Shown in pieces: positions 60,774 to 64,000 of a DNA stretch of 64,000 bases. The stretch lies in the NCBI GenBank assembly GCA_024639405.1, contig JAHEIL010000010.1, forward strand, positions 14,048 to 78,047, in the 5' to 3' direction. A program made the translations under genes and the position numbers. Within the stretch, counting starts at the first letter, position 1. Each line of letters starts with the position of its first letter. The stretch is from Crocinitomicaceae bacterium (GTDB taxonomy: Bacteria; Bacteroidota; Bacteroidia; Flavobacteriales_D; Crocinitomicaceae). The notes beneath the pieces are model-generated. The model did no database searches and had not been told where the DNA came from. It worked only from the letters and a program-made list of their open reading frames with translations.

Positions 60774-62615
60774 ATGGAAAAAACGTATCCTGCAATTCAA
60801 TACTTATTGTCGTGTATTGACTTAGAAGATCAAGAACAAGCCAAACGTTTTCAATTAAACGAACACCATAGTTTAAAAGCATTAAAAGCAGATGGTTTGG
60901 CATTACATCCAATTCGCATTACACGCAAATCATTTGGATATGCAGAATACCCAGAAATTTCATTTAAATTGCCTTTTCCTGCTGAAACATCCGCATTTAA
61001 AAACGGCATTGCCATTGAATGTTTTTGCGCAGGAGAAGAACCTGTCAAAGGAATGTTGCTATTTATGGAAGGTAAACTTGGTGAATTCAGGTTGTTTGCT
61101 CCCGACTTTCCCGATTGGATAGAAGACGATGGCGTTGGTATCAAATTAACTCCGGATACACGAACAAGTAATGTGATGAAAAAGGCATTGCTCGAATTAC
61201 CGCAACACCCCTACTCTTTTTCCTTGTTTCAACACTTGCACCAACCTAAAACTACGCCCTTTGTTGCACCACAATTAACAGTACCAGTTGTTCCAACGTA
61301 TTTGAACCAACAACTGAACGAAAGTCAACAAATTGCTGTACAAAAAATGCTTGCACTGGAAGAAGGTGTTTTTGTTTTGCATGGCCCGCCGGGAACAGGA
61401 AAAACCACCACTTTATTGGAAGGAATTCAACAACTAGTGAAGACTGGAAATCAACTACTTGTAACGGCTCCAAGCAATACAGCAGTGGATAACATTGCGC
61501 AAGGACTCATTGCAACAGGAATCAATTTCTTGCGAATTGGCAACAATACAAAAGTTAATGCTGCAATTTTTCCCTACACGCCAGAAGGAAAATTAAAAGA
61601 CAGCAAGCAAGAAAAAGAAATCAAACGCTTAAAAATCCGCGCAGAAGAAATGCGCAAAATGGCGTTTCAATACAAACGTCGCTTTGGAAAAGACGAACGC
61701 GATCAGAAAAAATTATTGTTAAACGAAGTAAAAGCCATTCGCCAACAAATTAAAGACATTCAACACTACAACGAAGAAGAATTGTTTGACAAAGCGCAGG
61801 TGATTTTAGGAACACCAATTGGTTTAATGGATAATGCCCTTGCAAACAGAACCATTGATGCTGTTATCATTGATGAAGCCGGTCAATGCATTGAACCGCT
61901 GGCATGGTGTGTGATTCCGTATGCTACAAAACTAATTTTAGCTGGCGACCATTTACAATTGCCACCAACCGTTTTATCGCAAAAAGCACAAGAACAAGGA
62001 TTGAGTACTTCTATTCTGGAACGTTTTTTCAATAGCCAGCACCACCTTCATTTGCTCGATACACAATACCGCATGCGAGAAGCCATTGCACACTTTTCGA
62101 ACAGTTATTTCTACGAAGGAAAACTTCAAACTGCCGCACATTTGCAAAACCAAGGTTCGCACCTTGCATTTTACGACACTGCAGGTGCTGGTTACGAAGA
62201 AGAATCTGGACAAGATGGCTCCAGCTTAACCAATCCAGGGGAATTAGAAGCCGCTTTGAAAATCATAGAACAACTGAATTTACCCATTGAACAAACAGCT
62301 TTTATCTCTCCGTATTCCGGACAAATTGCTGCTGCAAAAGAAGTTTTACCTTCTAATTTAAAAATAAGTACCATCGACAGTTTCCAAGGACAAGAAGCAA
62401 CGATAATCATTTTATCCTTGGTACGCTCCAATGCCGATTACCAAATTGGGTTCCTAAAAGATTACCGCCGCATGAACGTTGCAATGACCCGCGCCAAAGA
62501 ACAACTCATCATCATTGGTGATAGCACTACCCTTGCCAAAGACGATTTCTACCTACAATTTTTCAATTACGTTGAAACAATTGATGCGTACAAAAGCGTT
62601 TGGGAATTGGTTTGA
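60774..62615 (+). CDS. Superfamily-1 helicase, Upf1/DNA2/IGHMBP2-like (AAA_11/AAA_12)
   Basis: Walker A HGPPGTGKTTT, motif II IIDEAGQ, LAGDHLQLPPTV, DTQYRM, IDSFQGQE and NVAMTRAK. ATG 60774 lies downstream of the terminator. Confidence 0.85.
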   Translation: MEKTYPAIQYLLSCIDLEDQEQAKRFQLNEHHSLKALKADGLALHPIRITRKSFGYAEYPEISFKLPFPAETSAFKNGIAIECFCAGEEPVKGMLLFMEGKLGEFRLFAPDFPDWIEDDGVGIKLTPDTRTSNVMKKALLELPQHPYSFSLFQHLHQPKTTPFVAPQLTVPVVPTYLNQQLNESQQIAVQKMLALEEGVFVLHGPPGTGKTTTLLEGIQQLVKTGNQLLVTAPSNTAVDNIAQGLIATGINFLRIGNNTKVNAAIFPYTPEGKLKDSKQEKEIKRLKIRAEEMRKMAFQYKRRFGKDERDQKKLLLNEVKAIRQQIKDIQHYNEEELFDKAQVILGTPIGLMDNALANRTIDAVIIDEAGQCIEPLAWCVIPYATKLILAGDHLQLPPTVLSQKAQEQGLSTSILERFFNSQHHLHLLDTQYRMREAIAHFSNSYFYEGKLQTAAHLQNQGSHLAFYDTAGAGYEEESGQDGSSLTNPGELEAALKIIEQLNLPIEQTAFISPYSGQIAAAKEVLPSNLKISTIDSFQGQEATIIILSLVRSNADYQIGFLKDYRRMNVAMTRAKEQLIIIGDSTTLAKDDFYLQFFNYVETIDAYKSVWELV

Positions 62616-62636
62616 TGTTGACTTTTACTTTCACTA

Positions 62637-62682
62637 GATTGTAGGCTGATACCGAATGCTTTCGGGATCGAAGTCTGCAATC
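62637..62682 (+). other. Long imperfect hairpin at the helicase / yhcG-cassette junction
   Basis: gattgtaggctgataccgaa-tgct-ttcgggatcg(aa)gtctgcaatc. About 20 pairs (including 3 G-U), one mismatch, a 2-nt bulge and no trailing T run. Starts 22 nt after the helicase stop. Confidence 0.6.
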
Positions 62683-62811
62683 GGGGGTTAAGAAAAAACC
62701 TAGTTTCATCAACTTATAAACTCACAGAGGATTTTCTTAAATTTAACTTAAAATAAATAATATTTTGTATATTTAGTAATATTAAAGCAATTAATAGATA
62801 ATTATATACTC

Positions 62812-63867
62812 GTGAATAATTTAACGCTAGAATACAAAAATTGGATAATTGAACTTAAATCTAAAGTTCGTTCTACACAAATCAAAGCTGCTTTTGCTGT
62901 AAATAGTGCATTAATCCATTTTTATTGGGAGCTTGGCAAAATGATTGCAGAAAAAGAAAATGTTTGGGGAAGTAAATTGATCGAAAGAGTAGCAAAAGAT
63001 TTAAAAGAGGAGTTTCCAGATATGAAAGGCTTTTCTACTACTAATTTAAAATATTGTAAGTTATTTTATCAATACTTTTCAAAAAAAACCAAACTTGAGA
63101 ACGAATTAAATTTAAGTCCCCAACTTGAGGACGAATTACTAAAATTGGCATTTAATTTACCTTGGGGTCATATTAAAATGTTGATTGGTAAAATAAAAGA
63201 TAAGCAAGTTGCAAAATTTTATATCCAAAAAACAATTCAAAATAATTGGAGCAGAGATGTTTTAGACATACAAATAAAATCAGATTTATATAACCGACAA
63301 GGTAAATCAGTTAATAATTTTAAAAATACCTTGCCCGAACCCATGTCAGATTTAGCTAACCAAACTTTAAAAGACCCTTATATTTTTGATTTTTTGACAT
63401 TGAGTGAAGATTATAAAGAAAAAGACATCGAGAAACAGTTGGTACAAAACATTACCAAATTTTTATTAGAATTAGGCAAAGGATTTGCTTTTATTGGGCA
63501 ACAATATCACATTGCAATTAACGAAAATGATTATTTCATCGATTTACTTTTTTATCACACCAAATTAAAATGCTATGTTGTAATAGAACTAAAAAACACA
63601 AAGTTTAAACCCGAATATACAGGCAAACTTAACTTTTATTTATCGGCAATCGATAGTTTAATAAAAGACGAAACAGATAATGCAACAATAGGGATTTTGC
63701 TCTGCAAAGACAAAAATAATATAGAAGCTGAGTTTGCATTGAGAGATATAAACAAGCCAATAGGAATTAGCGAACTAAATTTCACAGAAGTTCTTCCAGA
63801 CAATTTGAAAAGTAGTTTACCAACTATTGAAGAAATTGAATCCGAATTTAAAAATTTTGAGGAATAA
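62812..63867 (+). CDS. YhcG-family PD-(D/E)XK nuclease domain protein (DUF1016)
   Basis: N-terminal helical region (ALIHFYWELGKMI) and C-terminal nuclease core IDLLFYH...VVIELK (D...E.K). GTG start. Visibly more AT-rich than the flanking helicase gene. Confidence 0.75.
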   Translation: MNNLTLEYKNWIIELKSKVRSTQIKAAFAVNSALIHFYWELGKMIAEKENVWGSKLIERVAKDLKEEFPDMKGFSTTNLKYCKLFYQYFSKKTKLENELNLSPQLEDELLKLAFNLPWGHIKMLIGKIKDKQVAKFYIQKTIQNNWSRDVLDIQIKSDLYNRQGKSVNNFKNTLPEPMSDLANQTLKDPYIFDFLTLSEDYKEKDIEKQLVQNITKFLLELGKGFAFIGQQYHIAINENDYFIDLLFYHTKLKCYVVIELKNTKFKPEYTGKLNFYLSAIDSLIKDETDNATIGILLCKDKNNIEAEFALRDINKPIGISELNFTEVLPDNLKSSLPTIEEIESEFKNFEE

Positions 63868-63953
63868 AATTTACGAAGGAAAGCTAATTTATCTTACAAA
63901 AGACAATTAAATCTAATTCAGATTTAGTAGAAGGGCAAAACAATTGATAGTAA

Positions 63954-64000
63954 ACTTTGAATAGCATCGAAACAATCGATGCCTACAAAAGCGTTTGGGA
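63954..64000 (+). pseudogene. Remnant or second copy of the helicase 3' coding end (runs off the window)
   Basis: 63969..64000 matches 62574..62605 at 30/32 nt. Reads TLNSIETIDAYKSVW after an in-frame stop at 63951, versus FFNYVETIDAYKSVW in the intact gene. Confidence 0.6.

Noticed and set aside
62660-62692. tRNA-like fragment (gggatcgaagtct...atcggggg), considered as a possible integration attachment site
   Set aside because: It has no TPsiC-loop consensus (GGTTCGAATCC) and no acceptor-stem pairing. The segment is better explained as the 3' arm of the long hairpin.
63869-63953. Additional helicase relic upstream of the 3' remnant (tacgaaggaaa.ct / YEGKL match to 62112-62125)
   Set aside because: Only 13/14 nt match, surrounded by unrelated AT-rich sequence. 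An 11-mer match of this kind could arise by chance, so it is mentioned only as tentative support in the cassette finding.

Overview
This 64-kb chromosomal segment looks like a low-GC Bacteroidota (Flavobacteriia-like) genome. The evidence is repeated TAnnTTTG -7 promoter boxes 10-25 nt upstream of start codons with no Shine-Dalgarno sequences, a PorX-type response regulator, and Flavobacteria-typical housekeeping synteny (lpxB-surE, nif3 plus Zn-ribbon, fur-purA-relA/spoT). I call about 62 protein genes, one tRNA-His, one helicase gene fragment, and a set of hairpin terminators and promoter boxes. Coding density is very high and many genes overlap by 1-12 nt. Most content is core metabolism and envelope biogenesis: prfC, tsaE, murB, katG/oxyR, mutAB, lpxB, surE, glyA, gmhA, purA, relA/spoT, fahA, ychF. 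I saw no rRNA, CRISPR array, transposase, integrase, phage genes or large accessory island. I do not see a convincing multi-gene novel system. The parts not explained by ordinary annotation are listed here. (1) A YhcG/DUF1016 nuclease cassette of about 1.35 kb at the right edge is bracketed by two copies of the 3' coding end of an SF1 helicase gene, which differ only at synonymous positions. (2) Four tandem 65-bp units, each an imperfect palindrome, lie between two convergent genes at 14.48-14.75 kb. (3) An AT-rich HigB/HigA toxin-antitoxin insertion carries an inverted-repeat operator. (4) A 51-codon membrane ORF is missing from the supplied ORF track. (5) There are several regulatory oddities: a signal-peptide KatG next to OxyR, a fur-STAS-purA operon with ATGA overlaps, and an orphan PorX. 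About a dozen starts in the supplied ORF track are 5'-extended, and I re-called them using signal peptides, promoter boxes and terminators. All functional calls rest on motif recognition by eye. No database search was run.
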